Source: a bacterium (GTDB lineage Bacteria; UBA8248). Taken from it: DNA of 64,000 bases. The translations under genes and the position numbers were made by a program. Below, piece after piece: positions 28,783 through 38,823 of the stretch (positions within the stretch are counted from its first letter, which is position 1; every line of letters starts with the position of its first letter). The DNA is taken from assembly GCA_965221165.1 (NCBI GenBank), contig CBDCRP010000002.1:768001-832000 (forward strand). Reading direction: 5' to 3'. Under the pieces are notes generated by a model that made no database searches, was not told the origin of the DNA, and saw nothing but the letters and a program-made list of their open reading frames with translations.

Positions 28783-29967
28783 CTATCGACCGAGAGACCG
28801 CCAAAACTCTCCGTCGGCATTGCTGCTATCGACAATTTCCCCGATTATCGGCTCCCAGGCGCCGTCTCCGTTTTTAGCAAAATAGACGTTGCCCAGGATG
28901 CCGCTGTAGCTGTTCTTCGCGCTGGTGAGATTGCGCGTAAACGCGCCTATCTGTTTGCTGTCGGGGACGTAGCCGTTGGCCTTGACAGCCTCGAATACGA
29001 TGCCCACCGCGTCATAGAACTCGCCGGCCCAAGGGTCGGGACGTTCATTGTATTTCGCAATGTAGGCCTTCATGAAGGGCGCCAGACGCTTGTCGGAACT
29101 TACGGGGATGAAGGTCGTGGCGAACACCATACCCTCTACGTGCTTGCCGCCGAGATCCACGAACTTCGGATTCCCGCCGATGGTATCGCCACCGAGAAGC
29201 CGAACCTTCATGCCGAGTTCTTTCACCTGGCGGGCAATGATGGCCTGCTCCTGGAATCCCGTCGCCATAATGACGGCATCTGCGCCCGCGGCCTTGATAC
29301 GGCCGAGTTGGCCCGTGAAGTCCTTGTCGCCACGCGCGTATTCCTGTTTCGCCACGGGCTTGAGCCCAAGCGTTTTCAATACAGCGGCGGTACTGGCGGA
29401 AAAGGATTTTCCGACCTCCTCATTGGACGAAAGGATGGCGATCTTTTTCAGACCAAGCTTCTTAACGGCGTAATTGATGGTTGCTATATTCAGGCCCTTG
29501 GTCGGAACGGCAACCCGGAAGATCCACTTGGAACCCTGCTGGGTGATCGGCCCCGCGACACTCGTTGTATATTGCGGAATTTTCGCCGCCGCGGTAATCG
29601 GAACGATAGCGAGCGTACAAGTGCTTTGCCATGCGCCGAGGAGCGCATGAACCTTGTCACGCGCGATCAGCTTGCGCGCAGCCGAGACCGAGACGTCACA
29701 TTTGGATTCGTCATCCTCGGCGATGATCTCGATCTTGATCTTGTTCTGCATCTTGTTCAGCAAATCGGCCTGCAGTTGGGCCCCCTTGAGCTGGAATTCA
29801 CCACCGAACGCAAGATCGCCGGTAAGAGGGCCGAGCACGCCCAGCCGCAATACTTTCGCTGCCTCGGCGCGACCGCCAAAGGGCGCAACAACTACGGCTG
29901 CCAAACCGAATACTACAGCTGTTGCGGTAATTTGAAGCCGACGCCTGATAGAGATCGAATAGCGCAT
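28783..29967 (-). CDS. LivJ/K-like periplasmic binding protein
   Basis: Signal peptide; GVLGPLTG, EDDES, WIFRV, DFTGQL, YDAV. Confidence 0.9.
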   Translation of the reverse strand: MRYSISIRRRLQITATAVVFGLAAVVVAPFGGRAEAAKVLRLGVLGPLTGDLAFGGEFQLKGAQLQADLLNKMQNKIKIEIIAEDDESKCDVSVSAARKLIARDKVHALLGAWQSTCTLAIVPITAAAKIPQYTTSVAGPITQQGSKWIFRVAVPTKGLNIATINYAVKKLGLKKIAILSSNEEVGKSFSASTAAVLKTLGLKPVAKQEYARGDKDFTGQLGRIKAAGADAVIMATGFQEQAIIARQVKELGMKVRLLGGDTIGGNPKFVDLGGKHVEGMVFATTFIPVSSDKRLAPFMKAYIAKYNERPDPWAGEFYDAVGIVFEAVKANGYVPDSKQIGAFTRNLTSAKNSYSGILGNVYFAKNGDGAWEPIIGEIVDSSNADGEFWRSLGR

Positions 29968-30229
29968 CTTGAACCCCCTATTTTAGAGATTGACTAGCGC
30001 ATTGAAACTTCCATATTTTATCAACGGACAATCCCTACCTTTAGTATATCAGGCGCATATTTAATGTGTCAAAGTGCGAAATCCGGACGCATTTGACCGT
30101 CCGGGGCCGGGTTTCCGGCACGGGCCAGCCGGCTGTCAGGCCGCAACGGAATCCACGTTCCTGGGCGCGCCGATCCTCTCACGGCTCTGCCTCATCGATC
30201 CGTCGATCGAAGAGAGGAGACAGGGCTCG

Positions 30230-30340
30230 ATGAAGAGAACCGACATGATGGCTATCCGTGTTATTCTTCGGCGCCGTCACGGTCTCGGCCTGCCACGTGC
30301 GCAGATCTCGCCCTCGGTAGGCGTGAGCGTGGAGAGGTAG
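30230..30340 (+). mobile_element. IS21-family IstA N-terminal remnant
   Basis: MKRTDMMAIRVILRRRHGLGLPRAQISPSVGVS* resembles the IstA N-terminal HTH; strong RBS upstream. Confidence 0.5.
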
Positions 30341-30859
30341 TTCCTTTCGGTCACCATATACAACGAGAGGCCACCGTGTGAGGCGTATTGATGTTCGCCA
30401 ATTACCGGGGCCAATTACCGATATATCCAATCTTTGTCAATCCGAATCCAAACACAGTTTGTGTTGGACTTGCCGATCACAAAACGTGACATATGGACGG
30501 GACGTGGCGCATTTACCTCAGCCAAACGGCAACAAAGAAACTTTGCAAAGTAACGAAAGAAATTCAAGTAGGGTGATGTCCCTTTGATGTAGCACTCATC
30601 CTGGAACAATATCGTTGGATATTTTCCTCTTTATTAATCGGCGCGCCTTTTTATTCAATGATAAACAAAGGACGCTCGACCGGCAGTGCAACTCTGTTGT
30701 GCATAGTAGTGAGTGAACATCGAGCCTTCTTTGGCGAGACGAAGAAGTGATTGATTTATGTGGAATTACTAATTCGCCACCCACAGGTTTCAGACCTGGC
30801 TGAGATCCAATTATTTCAAGGCGCAAGGGTTCCCGGAAGTAAAACAGTCGTCTCGTTGG

Positions 30860-31882
30860 CTATCCGATGACCTCGTCCGTAATGGCCGCCTCGCCATAAA
30901 TTTCGGGGTTAAAGACATCATACGGCCGCTTTCCGGCGAGGAAGCGCTCGATATTCATCACCGTACGCAAGGCCATCTCCTCGCGCGTCTCGCGGCCCGC
31001 GCTGCCTATGTGTGGAGTAAGAACGACATTCGGAAGGCTCTTGAGCCCCGCTATCGGCCCCGGATTGGGCTCGGGAACCTCGGTCTGATAGACGTCCAGC
31101 CCGGCGCCCCGTATTCGCTTTTCTCTCAGGGCTTTCTCCAGGGCCACCTCGTCCAAAATGAGGCCGCGCGAAGTGTTAATCAGAATGGCGCTCGGCTTCA
31201 TGAGAGAGATGAGCCGTTCATCGATGAGACCCACCGTGTCTTTGGTGAGCGCCGGGGTCAATGCGATGAAATCCGCTTCGGTAAACAAATCGTCAAGGGT
31301 GCGAAATTCGGCTGAACCGAGAACAAATTCCTCCGCCGGGCTCAGGGGGGTGCGCTTGTTGTAGGTAATGCGCATATCGCAAGCGGCGGCTTTGCGCGCT
31401 AGCAGTTGTCCGATTCGGCCCATCCCGACGATCCCGAGCGTCTTGCCGAAGAGGCGCGTACCCATAAAAGCCATCGACTGATTCTGCCGCCAGCGATCCT
31501 CTCGGAGGAACGTATCCGCCTCCGGCAATCGCCACGCCGTCGCCATCAAAAGAGCGAATGTGAATTCCGCGGTTGTTTTTTGGGTCATGCTTTTTTGCCC
31601 CGAGACCGGAATGTTGCGGCGCGTCGCCGCTGCAAAATCAATGAACTTCGCTGACCCATGCATGACGGAGACAAACTGCAACTCTTTTGCCGCATCGAAA
31701 ACTCGCTCGTTAAAGGGGATCTCCCCTATGCCGAATAGTATGTGTTTGTCGCGCACGGCTTCCAGCAGCTCTGATTCTGGAATCATGCGGTCAACGTGTG
31801 GATATGTGGTCACCTCGCCCAGTTTATCGAGTTCAGCGGCTGCGACCTCCGGAATCGGTTGAGGCACAAAAATTCTTGTCAT
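30860..31882 (-). CDS. D-2-hydroxyacid dehydrogenase (glyoxylate reductase-like)
   Basis: GIVGMGRIG, INTSRG, GLDVYQTE, TPHIGS. Confidence 0.9.
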   Translation of the reverse strand: MTRIFVPQPIPEVAAAELDKLGEVTTYPHVDRMIPESELLEAVRDKHILFGIGEIPFNERVFDAAKELQFVSVMHGSAKFIDFAAATRRNIPVSGQKSMTQKTTAEFTFALLMATAWRLPEADTFLREDRWRQNQSMAFMGTRLFGKTLGIVGMGRIGQLLARKAAACDMRITYNKRTPLSPAEEFVLGSAEFRTLDDLFTEADFIALTPALTKDTVGLIDERLISLMKPSAILINTSRGLILDEVALEKALREKRIRGAGLDVYQTEVPEPNPGPIAGLKSLPNVVLTPHIGSAGRETREEMALRTVMNIERFLAGKRPYDVFNPEIYGEAAITDEVIG

Positions 31883-31958
31883 GATTTCCCTTTCAATTAT
31901 TGGGGAGCCGAAAAAAAGTTCAAATATGGGAGGCTGATCAGCCACACCTGCGGGCGCG

Positions 31959-32894
31959 CTAATCGTCCAGGCGCTTCATCCTGGGGTCGAGCACATCCCG
32001 AAGCCAATCCCCCAGGAGATTGACTCCCAATACGGTCAGTGTGAGGGTCACGCCGGGAAAGAGGGTGAGCCACCAGGCGGTGTCGAGGAAACCGCGGCCC
32101 TCGGCGAGCATCCCGCCCCAGGTCGGGGTCGGGGGGGGCACGCCCATGCCCAGGAAGGAAAAAGAGGATTCGATGATGATCATACGGCCCAGATAAATGG
32201 TGGCCACCACGATGCAGGAAGAAAATACGTTGGGAAGGAGATAAATGATCATGATCCGGGGGGTGTTGCAGCCGGCGGATTTTGCTCCAGTGACCATGTC
32301 GGTATCTTTTAATGCGAAGACCCCTCCCCGTACCACTCTCGTGTAGACGGTCCACGTCCTCAGGGAGATGGCGAGGACGATGTTCTGGAGGCTCGCTCCC
32401 AGGATCGCAATGATGGATATCGCGAGCAGGACGAACGGGATCGCGAGGGCGGTGTCTACAATCCTGCTGATCACGGCGTCAATTTTGCCCCCGTAGTAGC
32501 CCGCAACGAGTCCCGTTCCTATCCCGATAAAACCGCTTATAAAGACGGCGGCAAAACCCACAGAGAGTGAGACACGCGAGCCCCAGATGATTCGGCTCAA
32601 GATGTCGCGCCCGAGCCGGTCCGTGCCGAGCCAATAGGTGTTGCCCGCTTCGTCCACGAAACCCGGGGGCTTCAGGTGACGCAACAGGTCCTGAGACAAA
32701 GGGTCATGGGGTGAGAAAAGACCGGGGACGATAGCCCAAAGGATTGTGATGAAAAGGCAAAAAACTCCAAAGAGCGCCGGAGGACGCTTTAAAAGATCGC
32801 GCAGCGCCAGTTGTAAATCTGAGGGGCCGCGCTCGTCCAAATCCTGATCGAAGCGGGGGGCGGTGTCAGCGTCCAGGGGTTTGTCCATCGCCAT
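31959..32894 (-). CDS. DppC-like permease (paralog of 9842-10774)
   Basis: LGTDRLGRDILSR, PPPTPTWGGML, NLLGDWLRDVLDPR. Confidence 0.92.
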   Translation of the reverse strand: MAMDKPLDADTAPRFDQDLDERGPSDLQLALRDLLKRPPALFGVFCLFITILWAIVPGLFSPHDPLSQDLLRHLKPPGFVDEAGNTYWLGTDRLGRDILSRIIWGSRVSLSVGFAAVFISGFIGIGTGLVAGYYGGKIDAVISRIVDTALAIPFVLLAISIIAILGASLQNIVLAISLRTWTVYTRVVRGGVFALKDTDMVTGAKSAGCNTPRIMIIYLLPNVFSSCIVVATIYLGRMIIIESSFSFLGMGVPPPTPTWGGMLAEGRGFLDTAWWLTLFPGVTLTLTVLGVNLLGDWLRDVLDPRMKRLDD

Positions 32895-32914
32895 GTTTCT
32901 CGCCTCCGCCTGCG

Positions 32915-33850
32915 CTAATTGTATGTAACGCGCGGATCGAGCCACGCATACATGATGTCCACGGCGAGATTGACGCCCACGAACATGAACGAAAGCAGGG
33001 CCACAGCCGCCTGGACAACCGGATAGTCGTTGACATTGATAGATTCCACCACCAGCCAACCCACCCCTGGCCAGGCAAAGATGACTTCGATGACCACCGT
33101 CCCGCTGAGCAAGCCGCCAAGTTCTAGGCCGATGATGGTGACAACGGGGATTGATGCGTTTTTGAGGGCATGGCGGCCGATGACCAGTGCCTCGGTGATT
33201 CCCTTCGAGCGTGCCGTATTCACGAAGTCCTGGGACATCACCTCAAGCAGTGTCGAGCGCATCATTCGCATGATGCGGGCCGTGGCGTAGAGACCGGCGG
33301 CCAGTCCCGGCAGGATGATGCTCTTCGCCTCCCGGTAGCCCGATGTCGGCAGCCACCCGAGAATTTCAGAGAATAAGATAATAAGCATTAGGCCCAGCCA
33401 GAAGTTGGGGATGGACTGGCCCGCCATCGACAAAACCGAACTGAAATAGTCGATCCAGGTTTTACGGAAAACGGCCGAGCAGATCCCGGTTGGGATGGCG
33501 ATCACAAGCCCCACGAAAAGGGCAAAAACGGCGAGCATTACCGTGGCGGGAATGCGCTCGGTGACAAGGCCCATGGCGGGGACATTGTGGTAGAATGAAT
33601 CTCCGAAATCGCCCCTCAAAACGCCCTTGTTCTTTTTGTGGCCGAACAGGAAATTAAAGTATTGGACGTAGATCGGCTTATCGAAGCCCCTTTCTTTGTT
33701 GAACGCGGCGACTTCTTCTAAGGTGGCTTCATCGGGCATCAGGACGTCGGCCGGGTCCCCTGTCATGTGGAGCATCAAGAAGACGATGAGGAGGACCATC
33801 CACAGGACAATCAAACTCTGCAGTAGACCGCGGATGATATAGGCGCGCAT
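32915..33850 (-). CDS. DppB-like permease (paralog of 8864-9805)
   Basis: MRAYIIRG, GVLRGDFG, TARSKG, DYPVVQAAV. Confidence 0.92.
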   Translation of the reverse strand: MRAYIIRGLLQSLIVLWMVLLIVFLMLHMTGDPADVLMPDEATLEEVAAFNKERGFDKPIYVQYFNFLFGHKKNKGVLRGDFGDSFYHNVPAMGLVTERIPATVMLAVFALFVGLVIAIPTGICSAVFRKTWIDYFSSVLSMAGQSIPNFWLGLMLIILFSEILGWLPTSGYREAKSIILPGLAAGLYATARIMRMMRSTLLEVMSQDFVNTARSKGITEALVIGRHALKNASIPVVTIIGLELGGLLSGTVVIEVIFAWPGVGWLVVESINVNDYPVVQAAVALLSFMFVGVNLAVDIMYAWLDPRVTYN

Positions 33851-33959
33851 AAAAAATACTACCCTCGTAAATAAAATAGATTCTGCGATGCAAAAGTTAC
33901 CCGGATACTGTGCCGGATCATAAGTGTTCTGCGCATTGATAGAATGAATGATGTACATC

Positions 33960-34316
33960 TTTTCCGCTGCGGTCAAGACAACTCCGAGCAAGCCTTCCTC
34001 CGAGCCTGCTGACCAGAGCGACCTGGAAGGGCTCGCCGTTACACACCATCCGTGTCCATGTGGCCGCCGAAAACGAAGTGGCCGCACGAATCGCCCGTGC
34101 CTCCTCGCCGGCCTGGATGATGAAGTTCGGCCGGCCCGAAACGAATTCGTGGGTTTCGATGCGATCCACACCAGGCGCTTTAAGCTCGCCCATGATTCGC
34201 TCGGCAACCTCCGAGCAATCTCCCGGCGGGTTCTCCGCCGGAATCTGTATCGGTTCTTGCGCCGGTTTGACGACATAATCCCCGTCCACGGGGGCGGGGG
34301 AGATACCTACGGACAT
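33960..34316 (-). pseudogene. Possible degraded universal stress protein
   Basis: Pieces across frames (IETHEFVSGRP...; DSCGHFVFGGH..GV*RRALPGRSGQQARRKA) resemble the USP C-terminal motif. Confidence 0.3.
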
Positions 34317-34571
34317 GAAATTTCTCCTTGATTTCCAGTAACTGCTCCCATGAAGTTTTCCTGAAATGGTCGCTACTGAATTCCAAATGGCGGCTATTCG
34401 TGTACTTGACCTCTTCTACATTCTGATACACAATGCTTTGCAAATCATACTTTTAACGGTGCAGAATTTGTGTTACTGCGTGCCTTTGCGTCACCGTTCC
34501 AAGAAACAACGTAACAGATTTCATTTGTGATGAAGAAATTATCACTCTGTCGTTCAAAGGAGGAAAGTGCT

Positions 34572-36126
34572 ATGCGAAAGTGGTTGGTTGCTCTTCTTAT
34601 CATGGCCCTTATCGGCTTCGCCGCTCATCGCGCCGAGGCCTTTAAGGGAACGCTCAGGCTCGCTGTCCATGGACAACCGGCAACCTGGGACCCGGGAAAA
34701 ACGCCCGGTTTCATGGGCACGATGCTGTGGCCGTGGACCTACGATACCCTCGTTCAGGCGGACTTGAAAACGGGCAAGCTCTACGGCTGGCTGGCCGAAA
34801 AATTCGAGCGCGTCAGCGCATCGAAATTTAAATTCACCCTGCGCAAGGGCGCAGTATTCGCCGACGGAACACCAGTCACCTCCGCGGACGTTAAGTTCTC
34901 CCTCCACCGCGTCTGGGAGGACGCAGGCCTGCAGAGTTCGGTGAAGTCCTATTACAAGGACATCAAAGGGGTGGAGATCATCGACGATCGAAACTTCTAC
35001 ATCCACGCAAAAGGCCCGATGAATGACCTGCCGGCCCTGATGCGAACCTGGGGTCACGTCATCAACCGCAAGGCCGTCAAAGGTCTGACATACGCCCAAA
35101 TCGCGACCGGGAGCTATGGCTCGGGCGCCTACGTCCTCAAAGAATGGAAAAAGGGCCAGAGGTTCGTGATGGAAGCGAATCCCCGTTGGTGGGGCAATGA
35201 ATAAATATCCCAACCGGCCCAAGAACCTCATCATTCGCATTATCCGGGAGCCCACGACCCGCGTGAAGGCCCTGACGACCGGCGAAATTGACTTCGCCAT
35301 GAGGGTGGCGCCCCAGTTCATCGAGCAGATCAACGCCAAACCGGGCCTGAAGGTGCTTACCACCCCCAGCATCCGTATCTATTACGTCGGCTACCTGACC
35401 AAGCATGGTGGGCCCATGGGGAACCTCAAGGTTCGCCAGGCGATAAGCCACGCCATTAACACGCCGCTCATCATCAAGACCCTCTTGCAGAACCGTGCCG
35501 ATCCCTGGTTCCAGCTGATCCACCAGGGGATGGCGGCCGGCTACAACCCCAAGATGAAATCGTGGTATCCCTATGACCTGGCCAAGGCGAAGAAGATCTT
35601 GAAGGAATCGGGCTATGGCAAGGGTTTTAAATTGACCATGATCTCCCCACGAAACACGATCCCGGCTGATGTTGAAATGTGTGAGGCGATTGTCAGTATG
35701 GTGCAAAAAATTGGTGTTGACGCAAAATGCCAAGCCTCCTCGAAAAGGGTCTGGAGAGGCAGGTTCAAGAAATACGCGAAGGGTACGTTAAAAGGAAACA
35801 TGATGTTTATTTCCAGTTACGGCAACCAGGGCGGCATACCGGGCAACAGCTTCCGCGGCGTCATGTCCTGCGGCGGAAAATGGAGCCCTCATTGTTACAA
35901 GGAATATGAAACGATGATCGACAAGGCTTTAAGGACCGCCGACTCGGCCCTTCAGCAGAAGCGGCTCGAGGAGGCAAACTGGTTCATGCACAATAATGCC
36001 ACTCACAAGCCTATCGCCAAGAGCCATGATGTGTACGGCGTAAACACGAAGGTTCTTGACTACAAGATGCGCTACGATGAGATGACACTGCCCTGGAGCT
36101 TCGTGATGAAGACTCCTGGTTCATGA
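34572..36126 (+). pseudogene. Family 5 substrate-binding protein split by a +1 frameshift at ~35200
   Basis: tgg tgg ggc aat gaa t aaa tat ccc; the paralog at 6524-8059 reads WWANDRFPNRP continuously. Confidence 0.85.
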
Positions 36127-36160
36127 TGAAGTAAGGAGGCGGTTCGCAACACGGGATCAT

Positions 36161-36192
36161 GGCGCGGGGGGCGCGAGCCCCCCGCGCCTTTT
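36161..36192 (+). terminator. Intrinsic terminator
   Basis: GC hairpin ggcgcgggggg...ccccccgcgcc followed by tttt. Confidence 0.7.
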
Positions 36193-36263
36193 CTGTTGTT
36201 TGCAGCCTGCCGGAGGTGGAATTCGGCAGAGGGCAATCGTTATTACATTAAAAAGGAGAAACC

Positions 36264-37262
36264 GTGGCTGAAGACAAGGTGCGTCTGGCGTCGGTAGGTC
36301 TTGGCGGGTGGGGGGCTATGCTGGCGGGTTCGGTGGACCGCAGCGGCGCGGCCGAGGTGGTCAGCTGTTTCGCGCGGAGCGAGGAAGGACGCGAGTCGTT
36401 CGCGGAAAAGGTCGGTTGCCGCAAGGCGGCAAGTCTGGACGAATTGCTGAGCGATTCCGAGGTGGAAGGGATCCTGCTGGCCACCCCACACTCCACCCAC
36501 GTGGATATCATTTGCCAGGCGGCTTCCGCAGGAAAACACGTGTTTGTCGAAAAACCTCTCACGCTGACCGCCGCCGACGGGCGCAAGGCCTACGAGGCGA
36601 CACGAAAGGCGGGCGTCGCCCTCCAGATCGGCCATAATCGCCGCAAGCAGGGGGGTAACCGCCGCCTCCGCGAGATGATCGACAACGGTGAGATGGGGAT
36701 GATCCATCAGGTGGAGGGAAACCTCTCTCTGGCCGGGGGACAGAACCCTCGCCAGGGCTGGCGGAACGACACCGCCGAATGCCCGGCCGGCGCCATGACG
36801 GCTCTGGGCGTCCACATGGTGGATAACCTGCACTATCTGGCAGGTCCCGTGAAGCGGCTTAGCGCGTTCAGCAAAAAGCTCCTTGGAAAGGGAAATATCA
36901 ACGATGTAACGTCCATCATTCTCGAATTCGAGAGCGGCCCGCTCGGCTTCATCAATTCGACCTTCGTAATACCGAAGATCTGCTCGAACGCCGTCTTCGG
37001 CACCCAGGCCAACGCCTGGACCGAGGAGGAAGGCTCGAAACTCTACTTCCAGAAGGTGGACCAGCAGGCGCGCGAGGAACTTCCCTGCGAGCCGGGCGAT
37101 TGCATGGCCGAGCAGATGGCGGAATTCGCCAAATGCATCCGCGAAGGGGCCAAGCCCGAGGTAAGCGGCCCGGAGGGCATTGAGGTCGTGGCCGTCCTGG
37201 AGGCCGTCGTTGAGAGCGCGGACACGGGCCGGGCGGTCGAGGTTTCCAAGTTTCGAAGTTAG
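36264..37262 (+). CDS. Gfo/Idh/MocA oxidoreductase
   Basis: VGLGGWG, GKHVFVEKP, GHNRR, GVHMVD. Confidence 0.9.
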   Translation: MAEDKVRLASVGLGGWGAMLAGSVDRSGAAEVVSCFARSEEGRESFAEKVGCRKAASLDELLSDSEVEGILLATPHSTHVDIICQAASAGKHVFVEKPLTLTAADGRKAYEATRKAGVALQIGHNRRKQGGNRRLREMIDNGEMGMIHQVEGNLSLAGGQNPRQGWRNDTAECPAGAMTALGVHMVDNLHYLAGPVKRLSAFSKKLLGKGNINDVTSIILEFESGPLGFINSTFVIPKICSNAVFGTQANAWTEEEGSKLYFQKVDQQAREELPCEPGDCMAEQMAEFAKCIREGAKPEVSGPEGIEVVAVLEAVVESADTGRAVEVSKFRS

Positions 37263-37327
37263 GATACATAGCTTGGGGATATTTCATCACCTTCGTTTCC
37301 ATCTTTCAATAAACGGGTGGCGAATTC

Positions 37328-37529
37328 ATGCCTGAAATGGTAATTGTCGATCGCTCTCAGCCTAAGGAAGACGCCCTCGCCAAGGCGGTAGGGGACGCCA
37401 TTTACGGTGATTATCCGCATCTGCCGGGCGAGCCACGACGTCGGCCAGGCCATCGGCGCCCGCATCACCCGCATGCCCGCCACCCCTGAACACGCGCTCG
37501 AGGTTCCAGGCAAGTTGATGGGGAATTAA
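37328..37529 (+). pseudogene. Deletion scar of a xanthine dehydrogenase/CoxL-type molybdoprotein subunit
   Basis: N-terminal-like KEDALAKAVGDAIYGDYPHLPG directly followed, in another frame, by C-terminal-like AIGARITRMPATPEHALE. Confidence 0.45.
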
Positions 37530-37626
37530 ATTCGTTCTCCAATTCTTTGCCGGCACGCCCTCGGTTGCCGCGCAAGTTTCCGATAATCGGAGGACTCTCA
37601 TTTTTTTTTGATCACAGGAGAAAATC

Positions 37627-38502
37627 ATGGGTGAAAAGCTGGGAATGATCGGACTGGGAAAGATGGGACTCCCGCTCTCGCGGCAGATGATGGCGGACGG
37701 CCACGAGATCGTCGGCTACGACATCGACCCCGTGCGGATGAGGATGCTGGAGGAGGAAGGCGGACGCCCCGCCGCTTCGGCGAAGGAAGTGGCCGAGCAA
37801 AGCGACATCACTTTCAGCATTCTCTTGCAACCCGAGCACATCGAGGAAAACGCGTTCGGCCCGAAAGGCATCGTCGCTGCCGGAAAGAAGGGCCTCGTTC
37901 ACGTCGAAATGAGCACCATGGAGCCCTCCTTTCAGGCCGATCTTGCTGCGCGGCTCGCCGCCGAGGGCATTGAGATGTTGGATGCGCCGATATCGGGTTC
38001 CCACAACAGGGTCGATACACGAACCATTTCCTTCATGGTGGGCGGCAAAAAAGAAGTCTTCGAGCGGGTAAGGCCGATTCTCGATCCGCTGGCGGCGGAT
38101 GCGGCCCACACCGGCCCGAGCGGAACCGGGGCCACCATGAAAGTCGTGACCAACCTTTTCGTAAACTCGTGCACGGCGCTGTTTGCCGAGCTGATCGTGG
38201 TGGGCGAGCGCGCGGGGCTCTCGCACGAGATCATGAAGCATTGCCTCTCGAAGGGCTCCGTGCAAGGTTCCATGCTTTCACAGACTGCCCCTAGAATGTT
38301 CGAGAGAGATTTCGCCCCGCGCGGGGCGGTGGAAATATTCGTGAAGGACATGGGCCTCGCGATCAAGCTTGCCGAGGAACTCGGGGTCGAACTCGCCGTG
38401 GTTCCCGCGGCGCGCAAGATGTTTGAGCGGGCCGAGGCCGCCGGCTGGGGCAAAGACGACGCCAGCCGCGTCATCGAGGTGTACGAAGGGAAGGATATGT
38501 AA
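37627..38502 (+). CDS. Beta-hydroxyacid dehydrogenase (3-hydroxyisobutyrate/tartronate semialdehyde family)
   Basis: IGLGKMG, DAPISG, FMVGG, MKVVTN, KDMGLA. Confidence 0.9.
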   Translation: MGEKLGMIGLGKMGLPLSRQMMADGHEIVGYDIDPVRMRMLEEEGGRPAASAKEVAEQSDITFSILLQPEHIEENAFGPKGIVAAGKKGLVHVEMSTMEPSFQADLAARLAAEGIEMLDAPISGSHNRVDTRTISFMVGGKKEVFERVRPILDPLAADAAHTGPSGTGATMKVVTNLFVNSCTALFAELIVVGERAGLSHEIMKHCLSKGSVQGSMLSQTAPRMFERDFAPRGAVEIFVKDMGLAIKLAEELGVELAVVPAARKMFERAEAAGWGKDDASRVIEVYEGKDM

Positions 38503-38823
38503 TGGCCCTTCGGCAGTGGAAGGTCGGCGCCTGAGGGCGGTCTCGTTAAATATTTACGTTATCGGAAAATCGGGTATTTCCATTTCAATCGATGGGAACC
38601 ACAATACTCCTCCCTTTTCTTATGCCTACATTCCCCATTTGTTTTTTTGGATGACTTCATTATAGTCGTAAACTGCATATTCAGACCACAAAGAAGATAT
38701 GTGCGATCGGCTCCGGTTCCAAACGGCAATGGATTCATCCAGCGAACCGGATAGGAAACGTCGGGTAATTCCAACATCAAGCACACACGGGAAATTTGAT
38801 TTTCATAAGATTGCGGGAAAAAT

